DNA of 64,000 bases. Source: Lama glama (Eukaryota). The notes beneath the pieces are model-generated. The model saw only the letters and a program-made list of their open reading frames with translations, was not told where the DNA came from and did no database searches. Every line of letters begins with the position of its first letter. Within the stretch, counting starts at the first letter, position 1. The stretch lies in NCBI GenBank assembly GCA_028534125.1, contig CM052817.1, positions 54,190,001 through 54,254,000 on the forward strand, in the 5' to 3' direction. This document shows positions 25,201 to 37,575 of this stretch, one piece after another. A program made the translations under genes and the position numbers.

Positions 25201-28200
25201 AATAACAAAACAGAAATGACCACCTCAACAAAGCTTGACCATACTGCCAGATAAAAATTCTGGCCATGAATATTCTAACATAACAGTGAGGACTCTCATT
25301 AATTTATCCAGTGCAGTTGACTTTTTTGACTTTATATTATTTGTGTGGAGACCCAAACTATAGTTGAAATTAGTTTAGATATAGTGAACCAAAAATTACT
25401 GAAAAGCTATGAAAGAAAGATTTTTTTAAAATTATGTATCAAACATATTACTATATATTTCTTTTTTTCCAAATCACAAAGAGTAAGTTTCGGTACAATA
25501 TCTTTTCATTTATTTCTGTATATTTCTTTGGTGTTTTTCCATGAACTGAGTTCAAGTCTTTTATTGAATAATAAATAAAATAGGAAGTATAAGGTGGGAC
25601 AGAAGATTGCTAACAATAACAATTACCCTTATAAACTACTGATATGAAGAATATTTGCTGAATATTTGATTATGGTAGCTTAGGTTAGAAAGAATACTTA
25701 ATTAGAAATGAATTAGCCAGAAGGTAAAATAGTAGCTATTGGGCAAGAGAAAATCTAACTTACAAATACAATGATGAATATTAGAAGTTATGACCCCAAC
25801 TGAGCACAGCCTGAAAAAGTGCCCCTGGGCCAAGACGAATTGTAATGTTGCTAATCCATCCACATTTTTCTGAGAAGCCACTTTATCTTTTAAGAGCAAA
25901 GTCTAAATTATTAACTAAAACACTTGTGTAACATCATGTACTTTTTGAAATTAAAGGTTGTCATTTTTTCATCAATGAATGATTTATAGATTTGCTTCAC
26001 AATGAATAAGATGATGTCTATAGATTTCAACACTAAATGCACATAGTCTATATATCTACTGAGGTAATAGAATTTATAAGTTTCATTTATCCCTGATTTA
26101 ATATTCTTGAATTAAAGTTTAAATCCTTGAAATATTATCAAGGCTCCTTAGAAATCGCTATGGTTGTAGCAGTTAACACAAGATCTTCACAGGTATTTTG
26201 ACAAAACAAAGAAAATGTAAGATATGTTTTATGAATATTAATCAAGACCCACACTTGGTAGACATAATTCATCACTGTTAGCAAAAAAAAGAAAATCAGA
26301 GTGGCTTTGCTAACATTTCCCAAATACACCTTTAAAATACACCTTTATAGAAAATATCTTCCATTAGCACTGTTTCTTATGTACTTCCAAAAAGATCTAG
26401 TACCATGGAGACTAAGTGGGACTGAAAGAAAAGAAACTATAAATCTTTGTCACTTTCAGAAACGAGCTCTGAATTCAATCAGAATCGACCATATTTTTTT
26501 CTTTTGGCTGAGGTAACATAGCAGTTTTGTTAACAGTATCTCAACTTATTTCATCTCCCCCAAGTTCCAACAAAGCATGCTTAAAATTTCATGATTCAAA
26601 CAAATATCACTATTTTTTAGATAGAGGATTAAGGGACCCTATGGCATGTGACATGTGAGAAATAGTACTATAGAACAAATCAGTAATAAACAAAGAAGGA
26701 CAAGGAAATTCTTTTCAGAATCTTCAATTATAGCACAGTGGAAAGATATTTATTTCACATTTTCCACCACATTCTAAAATAGTTTGTTAGATTCATCTAA
26801 AATAGTTTAATTGATTGTTATGAAGCCCACAATTCTTTGGTGAGAGATTTATCATTTTAAATTAAAAACGTAATTTTGTGTAATTGGGCAATAGTGATTT
26901 AATGAGAATTGGACAGTAATTTACATTAATTTAACCAGCAACGAAATCTGTGAGGGCAAATGATTGATCTTTGGAGGAGATATACTACATTTGTAAAACA
27001 GATGGATTACAATAGCAAAATATATGTATGTTTTAGATACTAAAGAGCTGGTAATTCCTTAGTGCTAAAGCTTTGAGATACGTAGTTCTTTCCCTGTTAA
27101 TAAAATCTATTATGGTGTTGATGAAGTTAAAGTTAACATACCCATTGCTGTTTATGTGAAAAAAAAATTATATATGAAACACAATAAGAACATTTCTCAT
27201 TTTTTGTGTATTTTGCTATTTGAAGTGTTCTCACTGATACTTCTTGTTAGACAAATTTTAGCATGTTCACCCTCAAAAAATTATGAACAGTTTTGGGCAA
27301 TGGTATCACATTGGTTCTATGAATTTGGCAACTAATAATATCCTATAAAACCTCCGTATGCAACAAATAATGTCAATAAATAAATTATCTCAGTGTCCTA
27401 AAAGTGCTACTTACCACAACACTCACTGAGACGTGTTTGTTACTTGTCCTTAACTTTTAGAGCTCATCTGGCAGGGAGACAGAACAACGCCTCCCACAGA
27501 AAAGACTGATGTATTGTTCTAGCTGTGATTCACAAAAGGTGATAGGATCTTCACATTCTTTTGTTTGCCCTATTTGGAAGTTGTTCATATAAGACAACTG
27601 CACCTAAATGGCAAGACTACATCTTGAATATTTCAGATGGGCTTTGTACAAGTTGTCCTAACATTCTTATTGTACGCCGGAACTCACTCTCGTAAAATAC
27701 TGTCTGTGGGCTACATTGTAAAAATAAAGATTTAAGCACGAGTTCCCTAATCATCTACATCATCAATCCATTTGTTAACCTCTTCATCACAAAATAAGCC
27801 CTACTCCTATAACATTCATGGATTGCTTTCCTTGATAATTCCTCAAAATGCCTATTCAAGATTCTATCACAAGGCCAAGAATACTTTATTACTCTCTTGG
27901 TTCAAATGCGTGCAACTCCTGCCTCAAAATAAGACCCAAAAGGACGATGTCATATTTTATTTATTTTTACATTCCCATCGACTGGCACAAGGCTTGGCAA
28001 CTCATAGAAGGTCAATAAATTTCTTCTTCACTAAATTGTAATTGAAGAAACCAATGATTAAGGTTCCAAACAACAGAGAATTAGAAGTTAGGACAAAGAG
28101 AAAATGACTGAAAGTTTTTCTTCTTAAATAAAAGTAGTTAATAATAAGGTTTGATATGTATTAAGCTCTTAGCACATCTTATGCCCTATTGTAAACATTA

Positions 28201-28259
28201 CTTATGTTTTGGGTTTCTCTTTGTTTCTTCCTTCATTTATGTCTTGTACAGTCTGGAAA

Positions 28260-28540
28260 TACACCCATTTTACATATGGAAAAGCTGAGCCACCCAAAAT
28301 CTAAGGAACTTGCTCAAATACATGTCACCAAAATAAGAAGTGCTAGAGCCAGGATTCAGTGTAGTGCCTGCTCTTAGCCATATACCCCAGGCTCTGATCA
28401 TGGGCGATGGAAAAGCTGCTTTCATTCACCCACCAGACCCTTGCCCTGTGTTTGCTTTGCTCCAGGTACTGAACAAAGTACCTAGGGTACAAAGGTGAAC
28501 AAGGAAAGGGCTCCTTTTTACTCCTGGTCTCCATCCTTCT
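28260..28540 (-). mobile_element. MIR followed by L2 fragment
   Basis: cccattttacatatggaaaagctgag...ctagagccaggattc (MIR); ctccaggtactg...ggtgaacaag (L2). Confidence 0.6.
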
Positions 28541-29082
28541 CAGAAATATATGAAAGTCTCTCATGCTTAAAATATATATATCCATTTAAACACATACAAA
28601 GAGGTGTCCTGTCCATACCGCTGCCAAAATTTTCACCTTAGCAGCCAGTAAATGTCAACTCCATTAACCTCACAGCCACATCAACCTCTAATTACTTCCA
28701 GTCCAGGTTCTGTCTCCCTCATTCAGTGAAAATTCTCTCAAAAAATCTCCTACTGCTTTATTAAAATTTTCAAACCCCGAGACCTCTTCATAGTTTTCAA
28801 TCTATTTAATTTATCTATAGCACTGTTGACCCTTATACTAATCAGATTTCTTGGCTCCTAAAATTCAATTGTATGCAAAAGAGAAACGGAAATAGCACCA
28901 AATAACAAAACCTGAGGTATAATTGAGCCTAACACCTCACTATACAAACGGGAAACCTATGGCCTAAAGAAGATAAGTAAATTATCTCAGTGTCGTATCT
29001 TAAGTTAGACACAGAGCTGTGGTTAAAAATTGGGGCTACCTTTCCAAAGTCCATCAATACTTTCTTCAGTGTAGATTTTTCC

Positions 29083-30910
29083 TTTTTTTAAAAAATTAAA
29101 GTATAGTTGGTTTACAATTTTGTGTTAGTTTCTGGTGTACAGCGTAATGATTCAGATATAGATACAGATACAGATATAGATATAGATATATAGATATTCC
29201 TTTTCATTTTCTTTTTCATTATAGGCTATTCCAAGATACTGAATACAGTTTCCTGCACTATACAGTAGGACATTGCTGTTTACCTATTTTATACATAGTA
29301 GTTAGTATCTGCAAATCCTGAACTCTCACTTTATCCCTCCACACCTTCTTCTTCCCCCTGGTAGCTATAAGTTTGTTTTCTATGTCTGTGAGTCTGTCTC
29401 TGTTTTGTAAGTAAGTTCATTCGTATTTTTTTTTAGATTCCACGTATAAGTGGTATCATATGGTTTCTTTCTCTCTCTGGCTTACTTCACTTAGTATGAC
29501 AATCTCCAGGTCCATCTATGTTGCTGCAAATGGCCTTATTTTATTCATTTTTTATAGCTGAGTAGTATTCCATTGTATAAATATACCACAGCTTCTTTAT
29601 CCAGTCATCTGTCAATGGATATTTAGGTTGCTTCCATGTCATGCATGTGTCCTTCTGAATTAGAGTTTCCTGTGGATATAAGCCGAGGAGTGGGATGGCT
29701 GGATCACAGGGTAAGTCTGTTTTTAGTTTTTTGAGGAATCTCCATACTGTTTTCCATAATGGCTGCACCAAATTACATTCCCACCAACAGTATAGGAGGG
29801 CTCCCTTTTCTCCACACCCTCTTCAACACTTACGCCTTCTGGACTTTTAATGATGGCCATTCTGATGTGTGTGAGGTGATACTTCATTGTAGTTTTGATT
29901 TGCACTTCTCTGATAATTAGCTATATTGAGCATTTTTTTTCATGTGCCTGTTGGTCACTGGTATGTCTTCATTAGAAAAATGTTTGTTTAGGTCTTTTGC
30001 CCATTTTTTGATTGGGTTGTTTGTCTTTTTGTTATTGAGTTGTATGAGCTGTTTGTATATTCTGTAAATCAAGCTCTTGTCTGTCACATCATTTGCAAAT
30101 ATTTTCTCCTGTTTTGCGTGCTGTCTTTTTGTTTTGTTTATAGTTTCCTATCACATCAAAAAAAGTAATAAAATACTTAGGAATAAACATGACCAAAGAC
30201 GTGAAAGACTTATACAGAGAGAATTATAAAACACTGATTAAGGAAATTAAAGATGACTCAAAGAAATGGAAGAATATTCCATGTTCTTGGATTGGAAGAA
30301 TTGATATGGTTAAAATGGTCATACTACCCAAAGCAATCTACAGATTTAATGTGATCCCTATCAAATGATCTAGGACATCTTTCACAGAACTAGAACAAAT
30401 AATCCTAAAATTTAAATGGAATCAAAAATACCCAGAATTGCCAAAGCAATTCTGAAGAAAACAATGAAGCTAAAGGAATAACCCTCCTCAACTTCAGACA
30501 ATACAATAATCAAAATAGCACAGTATTGGCACAAAAATAGACATATGGATCAATGGAACAGAATAGAGAGCCCAGAAATAAACCAACACACTACGGTCAA
30601 TTAATCTTTCACAAAGGAGACAAGAATATACAATGGAGAAAACTGTTCCTTCAGCAAGTGGTGTTGGAAAAGCTGGACAGCTACATGTAAATCAATAAGC
30701 TTAGACACTCCCTCACACCATACACAAAAATAATCTCAAAATGGCTTAAAGACTTAAATCTAAGACAAGAAACTATAAACCTCCTAAAAGAAAACATAGG
30801 CAAAACATTCTCTGGCATAAATCTTAGCAATGTTCTCCTAGGGCAATCTATCCAGGCCATAAAAATAAACAAACAGGACTTAACTAAACTTTAAAGCTTT
30901 TGCAAAGCAA
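29083..30910 (-). mobile_element. L1 insertion with 5' inversion: 3' part on minus (29083-30150), inverted ORF2 part on plus (30151-30910)
   Basis: Minus ORFs 29541..29771 and 29723..29905 are L1 ORF2 C-terminal peptides; plus segment encodes [15 protein letters not shown]...[12 protein letters not shown]; degenerate TSD CAGTGTAGATTTTTCC / CAATGCAGATCTTTCT. Confidence 0.92.
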
Positions 30911-30962
30911 TGCAGATCTTTCTTTGTACTTCTACCAAATCTATATCTCAGGCTTTAATATC

Positions 30963-31437
30963 TGTGGTGGGCAGCCTCAAAATGGACCCCAGTGATTCTT
31001 GCCTGCAAGTATCTATACCCACATGTAATCCATTCCCCTTGAGGCTGGACTGAACCACTGACTCACTTCTAAAAACAGGATATTGTAGAAGTGATAGGAT
31101 GTCACTTCCAAGATTAGATAGTAAAAAGACTGTGGCTTTCGACTTAGACACTCTCTATTTCATATGGTTCACCCTGGAGGAACCCAAGTGCCATGTCATG
31201 ATGCAGCCCAGTAGAGAGACCCTCATGAGTAAGCCTGGAAAAGGATTCTCCTACACTTAAGCCTACAGATGAGACTGTAGTCCAGGCCTACAGCTTGACT
31301 GCAACCTCATGAGAGACATAGAACCAGCGGCATTCAGCTAAGTAACACTCAGATTCATAACCCACATAACTCGAGATAATGCTTGTTTCAAGATAATAAT
31401 TTGAATAATTTCTCTCATGCACCAAGATAATGTAACA
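30963..31437 (+). mobile_element. MaLR solo LTR (MLT1F-like)
   Basis: tgtggtgggcagcctcaaaatggacccc...cagatgagactgtagtccagg...cagcttgactgcaacctcatgagagac...taaca. Confidence 0.85.
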
Positions 31438-31844
31438 TCTTATCTGATACTACTGTAATAGTTTAAGTATCTCTTCACCCCAAAGCATTTTGTATTGTTC
31501 TACTCCATTATCCTTCCAACACCATTACATACAGCATGTTTTCCTGTTAATCAATAAGTAATGTCATAAACATAGTAACAGATCAAGTATATGCTAAAAA
31601 TACTGACTCTAGTACCCAAAGCCAACCACAATCTTCCACTTTGTGCTACCTTGGTTATTGTTTCTCAAATATGGTTTCTTTTTGCAATTTGTGATCATAA
31701 CATCTGTGACCTTAGAGTAGGTATCAAAATACTATAAAAATGTCCAAAATTAGCAAAAATTCTGTCCAAGAACATCTATATTGACCACTTCCACAGTTCT
31801 AAGAAATCACTGTTATCTAAATGCTTCCATAAATCAGATAAGAA

Positions 31845-31921
31845 TTATCTTATCTTTTTGGTTACCCTGTTATTTTATCTTATCTTTTTGGTTATCTTAT
31901 CTTTTTGGTTACCCTGTTATT
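31845..31921. repeat. Perfect 30+17+30 bp tandem duplication
   Basis: TTATCTTATCTTTTTGGTTACCCTGTTATT, TTATCTTATCTTTTTGG, then the 30-mer again. Confidence 0.9.
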
Positions 31922-32794
31922 TTCAGTTGTTACCTAAGGGTTTTAATACAGCATTTTTTAAACTCGGGTATGTCTATTCTGGGAATATGGAAAGACTCTC
32001 TAAAAGGTATGGGATCTCAGGTAATTTTAAGATAATAAATTTCCAGGTCTTAAAATTCAACATATTCTCTTTTGTTTTTTTTAAATGAATCTGCCTCAGA
32101 AGGACTTAGAATCAAGATTTTTCTTCTCAGCCCCTTTCAAAATCATAGTTTTTCTGATGATATGAAAAAAAGAATTTCCTCTCAGCTGCACATCTTACCA
32201 TGATGTACTGTCTAAAAATGTGACAAAGTGACTAGAATTGAAAAGTTGAATTTAAGTTAGCCTTATGTAATCAGTATGCATAGTCAGTAAAGTAAAATAA
32301 AACATCCAGCTGGTAGATAGTATACCCCATTCTTTCAAGGTATTTTTTTTTTCTTTAAACAGATAAGAGAGAGTGAAACTAATTCTTACTGGGGGTACAA
32401 CCATAATAAAAAATACACTGTCTTCTTTTCCTTCCCAGGCACATATAGCTAGGGCCTTTGGAGTTGTGCATGACTTCTCAAACAATTCACATATAACCAT
32501 ACCCTAAATTCATTTTCATATTATATATTCTCTTGACATTTGTATTCTGTGCAATATTCTCATGTTGTAAACTATAACTGGCCTTGAAAATGGGTAACAT
32601 TTAGAATTTAGAAGATTCATATGGCAAAATATATTTATCTCTTTTTCTATCCAAATTCAACTTCAAAAGAGTGACTAAGAATATTTTACAAGGAATAAAC
32701 TGTTATTAGGATGATGTAAGAATGATTTTTTAATATAAAACAAGTTTTTAAATGTCCAAGAGCACAGCCATCAAATGAAGAGACAGACTTGAGT

Positions 32795-32810
32795 CACACA
32801 CACACACACT

Positions 32811-32848
<38 letters not shown>
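32795..32848. repeat. (CA)n microsatellite, interrupted
   Basis: Directly visible. Confidence 0.95.
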
Positions 32849-32850
<2 letters not shown>

Positions 32851-32969
32851 GGTAAAACTGCATCTCTGACCAATGCTTCTAAAGAGAAATCCATGGGGCT
32901 GTGAGATCTTATAAACAGATGTCTTTACTTAGTACTAAATACCTACTTTATGCTCAGCTTCATTTAAAA

Positions 32970-33150
32970 CATCAAAGCACTTGGAAAAGTTCAATTAATT
33001 TAATCCTCATAATACTTAAGTTATACACTATTATTGTCATTACTTTTCCCAATGAGGAAGCTGAGGTACAGAACAATTAAATAATTTTCCAAGAAGACAT
33101 CACTGTTTACAAAGCCCCACAGTAGCCAAAAAGGAATTCAAATCAGGCAG
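32970..33150 (-). mobile_element. MIR SINE
   Basis: tttaatcctcataat...ccaatgaggaagctgaggtacagaacaattaaataattttccaag. Confidence 0.7.
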
Positions 33151-35108
33151 CTCCTCAGGAGCTCAACTCAAAACCACAAGGCACTGTCCTGCCCTTTCTT
33201 GTAAGATCTGAGGGCTGAGCAGAAGTCACATAGTATAAAGGTAGCTGAACCTCCCATTAGGAACAGAGAAAAATTGTCCCTAGAGTAAGGACAGGGTTAC
33301 ATGACTGAGCCCAGCCAAGTAGAGCAAACAGCCCAGAACTCTGAGTCTGGTTCAAGGGACACAAAGAAGTAGGAAGAGTTTAATTGTAACTTTTTATATA
33401 TACTTTAGTAACCTATTTAATCTTTTGTTTTTACCAGTTACTTGAGAAACGGGAAGCTCTGCAGTACCAAGGGTGGTTGTGATGACAGACAATGACTGAA
33501 GGAGGGAAGTTAGGTGCCCTTCTTTCCCTGGTTGAGTCTGCAATGTAGGCTTTGCTGAATGGCATCCCCCCTTATGCCAGCCACTGTCACAGAGCCCTGC
33601 TTCCTAAGGCCATTAAACAAGAAACAATGACCTCTCACAGTTGTTAAGAGGTATCCTGGTCCTACTTCCAGCCTCTATTGCCAGTCTCAGTTTGCTCTCT
33701 CCAATATTTCCGACATGCAGATTCACAAGACACTATTATTTTGGACAAAAAAGGGAAAGAATTTTTAACTCAGTTGAGATTAAGATTTTGATAAAGTAAA
33801 ATCTTGTCTAAACCCTAATCATCCTGTATAGTACAGAATATTTAGGACACTCGGAAAAAGTCTTTTAGAGAAAAATGGTTCCTTTCAGGGTGACTGGACA
33901 AAGGCAGACCTGTTTTCAAAAAGAGATCCCTCTCTACCATCTAGCTCTGGGGTCCCAGCTGCACCTCATAGTGATTCACCATAGCCACAAAGTCAGGAAA
34001 ACAATCGCTGGAACCGACCTACCTGGTATTTATGTGCCTGGCAGGAAAACACAGACACCGTTTCACAAAGTGACTTATCGCTTAAGTGACGGTGGCAGCT
34101 ATATGGGTAGGGGTTTAGGAGAAGGGATGGAAGAAATTATGTCTATGGTAACTGTTTTTCAACAATGGGCTTTTTACTTTGTTTTATTCCCTTTTATGCT
34201 TCATTCCTTTGCAGCACCTGTTGCAATATATGCTGCGATGATTTAGAGAGCTGTTAGCCTGAAGCGATTTTTATAACTATAAAGACTACAGGGGAAAGCC
34301 TGTTAGAGCCTGGCTATTTATTGCTTCCCTAGCAGACAAGTAAAGGAAAGCAAGATGTGTATGAATATGTCAGAACATAGGTTCACATATGTTAAATTAC
34401 TTCATCCTAAATTACTGTACATTGTACATAGCATAGAGCTATTATATGTGGACTTTTACAAAGCAATATTTCCTGAGGATGGCAACAGACATTCAATGAA
34501 ACAAAGGCAAATAACTTGATATCTTTAAAACTTTTGCATCAATATTCCATGCTGCTATTTTAAAGCTTCCTCAAGGTTTTTTGTTGCCTTGTTTCCACAG
34601 CTCTAGCTTCCTCCTATGAAAGAGGCACTTTGACCAGCTTAAATTAGTCCAAAGTTTAAAATACAGCGTGTGTCTCACACTAGTTTACTGACCAGTGCTG
34701 GGTGAAGCACACCTAAGGTGGCTACTTCTCCGTTCTCCAACTCATCCCTTTCTACTTAATACACAGAGAGAAACATACGTTCTCACCTCTGGACACCCCT
34801 GTTCTTCTCCATGTCCTTTTCAATCTATGTTACCTGAGATATCATGCCTTAACCAAGGTATAATCCATTCTTCCTTTGACAGAGGCCAAAGGTGTGACAA
34901 ACAACATTTAGGTAACAAGGATATAATTTTCTACAATAATTACAAAATGTTCCTCTGCTGTACATGTCAATTAAGTAATTAAAAATACAGAGAAAAGCAG
35001 ACAGACATGCAGTCACAGTCATGAATAGAGAAGAGACTATACAGTTGTAGTCATAAATATTTTCAATGTTCCGAAACATCTTCAATGTTTAAAAAATCAA
35101 AAATAGAT

Positions 35109-35111
<3 letters not shown>

Positions 35112-35166
<55 letters not shown>
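35112..35166. repeat. (TG)n(AG)n compound microsatellite
   Basis: Directly visible. Confidence 0.95.
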
Positions 35167-35170
<4 letters not shown>

Positions 35171-37004
35171 TAATCAAAGATTGTTTTAATGAGAAAGGCA
35201 AATTGTTGAAGGAAAGAAAAATCTGCAAAATTACAAATGGGATAATGAGGTGCCAAATAATTAGGAGGTGATTTAGCTATATTCACACAAACTGTGACAA
35301 GGAAACTAGAGATCGCTTCCACTCCAGAATGTTTCAACTTTAAATCAGAGTGCATTTTACTGCTACATGTCTTAAAGGAATTGTTTTCCACCTACATCTA
35401 CCTCAATATTCATTTATTTCCCACATGTATGTGTCCACACCTGAAAAGTAATCAACCTTCTCATTAATGTGTTCATTCATTCATCCATTCAACAACTATT
35501 TATAGAGTAGCAGACACTGAAATTCTTTAACTAAATGTATGATCTAAAACATCATAAAAATAATTTCAAGAATAGAGTAAGGAAGTCAATGTAACAGGAC
35601 TATGCTTTAACCAGCAATCAAGCTTTGATACTGATGTGAAAGAGACTGGAACAAAAGATACCTAAGACAAAAATGCATGTCTCCATTAACACTTTACTGT
35701 TTATATCTCTTTTACAGAAATTAAAAATTTATTATTGTAATTATTTATTTTTATTACTGTTGCTTCTACTTGACTTTGAAGATCTCTAGACTGTGTCTTC
35801 TTATTCTTTTCTTCATCCCCAGGATCTAAACCAAAACTTGGTACAGCAAGTGATTATCACACAGTTGATGAATGTATCAGTTCATACACAAAGGTTTTTA
35901 ATTAATTACTTTCAAAATGCATGGTTTCTATGTTTTATGCATTGTGCTAAGTGCCTTAAGTGCATTTTTTTCACTGGGTCTTTAAAATGGTTTTGTAATT
36001 AGGTATTGTCACCCATATTTTATTAATGTGGTCACTTAGCATCAAATAGAAAAAAGGAGCTGGTCTATAACCACCAAGCTGATGTTCAAGCTGGGTTCTG
36101 TAAAATTTTAAATGCACTTTCTTAGTCTTTATACAATAAATGTTCCCAATTATTAATTTAATTGCTGACATTAAGATCCCAGTGTTGAGATCAGTTTACA
36201 ACAAAAATTTATAAAGAACAATTCTAAAGGACACCCCAAAGCCTTCTGGTTCAGCGTGAGATTCAGAAGGTATGGGTATCAGAGGAATAGTTACACTGTT
36301 CTATAGAGAAATATGGTGACAGTACTACTTGAGGCATTCGCCAACTATATGCGCCATAAACACAAACAGGTTGCCTGCGCTAGAGAAGGTAGTAAAGAAT
36401 GTACTCATATGCTCCAAACCTTGATACGTTTTCTAGGGAACATAGAACTAATAAACGCTCTATCTAGAATTTAAAGCATTTTAAATTAAGTGGTCAAGAA
36501 AGAACACCTTCCATATCAATTATAAGCAATGCATATTCCTAGTTCTAATATTCAAACGTGCACTATATAATGTAAATTCTTTAGGAATTATAATATTAGT
36601 TACATATTATTTTAAATTAATAGAAATGCATTTTAAATGCTCTGATTTTAGAACTTTAGTTAATATGTTTTCCAAAAGTCTGAATTAAATATAAAAGGAA
36701 CTATAGAGATTTCTGTAGTAAACAGATATTTGAAAATCATACATATAAACAGGGCAAACCAAAGGTAAAATTAAAAAAATGAAATTTAAGAAATGGAACA
36801 ATGAAAACACTCTGGGGCAGATAAAGTGAATCTGAGTTAGCATGTCTCAGCTAACATACTTTTATATTTATATTTCCAGGACAGGCATTAATGACTTTTT
36901 ATTTAATTTTCACTCTATTGTGCAATTAATGTGGTTGGAAAACTATTTAATATAACGCACCTTTTGTATTTGCTTATGTGAGACTTTGTAGGCAAAAACT
37001 AAGC

Positions 37005-37175
37005 CATAGATCTGCAAACCCATGCAAAACCAGCAGGTGGCCAGTTTCACTGGAAGACAGCCATGCCCATCCTTTTATGTACTGTCTATGACTCCTTTCA
37101 TGCTTCAAAGGTAGAGCTGAGTAATTGTAACAGCTCATCTCTGGCACTTTAGTAAAATGGCTGTACTCAACTGAA
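37005..37175 (+). mobile_element. MER58A-like hAT DNA transposon
   Basis: gtttcactggaagacagccatgcccatccttttatgtactgtctatgactcctttcatgcttcaaaggtagagctgagtaattgtaacag matches the recalled MER58A core. Confidence 0.75.
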
Positions 37176-37179
37176 CCCA

Positions 37180-37446
37180 GATGCAGAGGACACAAAACAC
37201 ACAAACACACATTTCAATGACAGCTGGTGACTTCAGTTGATCTACCTCTGGTGTTGGAACTTTCCATCCATTTCAGATAATCTTCATATCGACTCCTTCC
37301 TCACAATAACTCTCAAACTGACATCCACTTCCATAACAAACTTGAAATCTTTTTCATGGTAAAGCATCATACATATTGTATTTATTAGATACCTTTTTTT
37401 CTTTTTAATGTGTCACTGATGAAGTTTTTGAGTGTTGTGCCCCTAA
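37180..37446. mobile_element. Probable Tigger-family DNA transposon fragment
   Basis: gtttttgagtgttgtgcccctaa and upstream sequence resemble an ancient Tigger; family uncertain. Confidence 0.4.
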
Positions 37447-37449
37447 ATG

Positions 37450-37575
37450 AGGATTGCCAGATTAAAATTTAAAAATGCAGTATGCTAGGTGAAACGTGAA
37501 TTTCAAATGAACAGATAATACTTGAGGAGGATCAGTATGTTTTGGGTATTGCAAGTCATTATACGTATTCACCCT
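37450..37575 (+). mobile_element. MER53-like hAT MITE
   Basis: aggattgccagattaaaa...tgaatttcaaatgaacagataat. Confidence 0.6.

Noticed and set aside
33875..34246. 123-aa plus-strand ORF as a gene
   Set aside because: No recognisable domain or gene structure; such lengths occur by chance in GC-richer patches.
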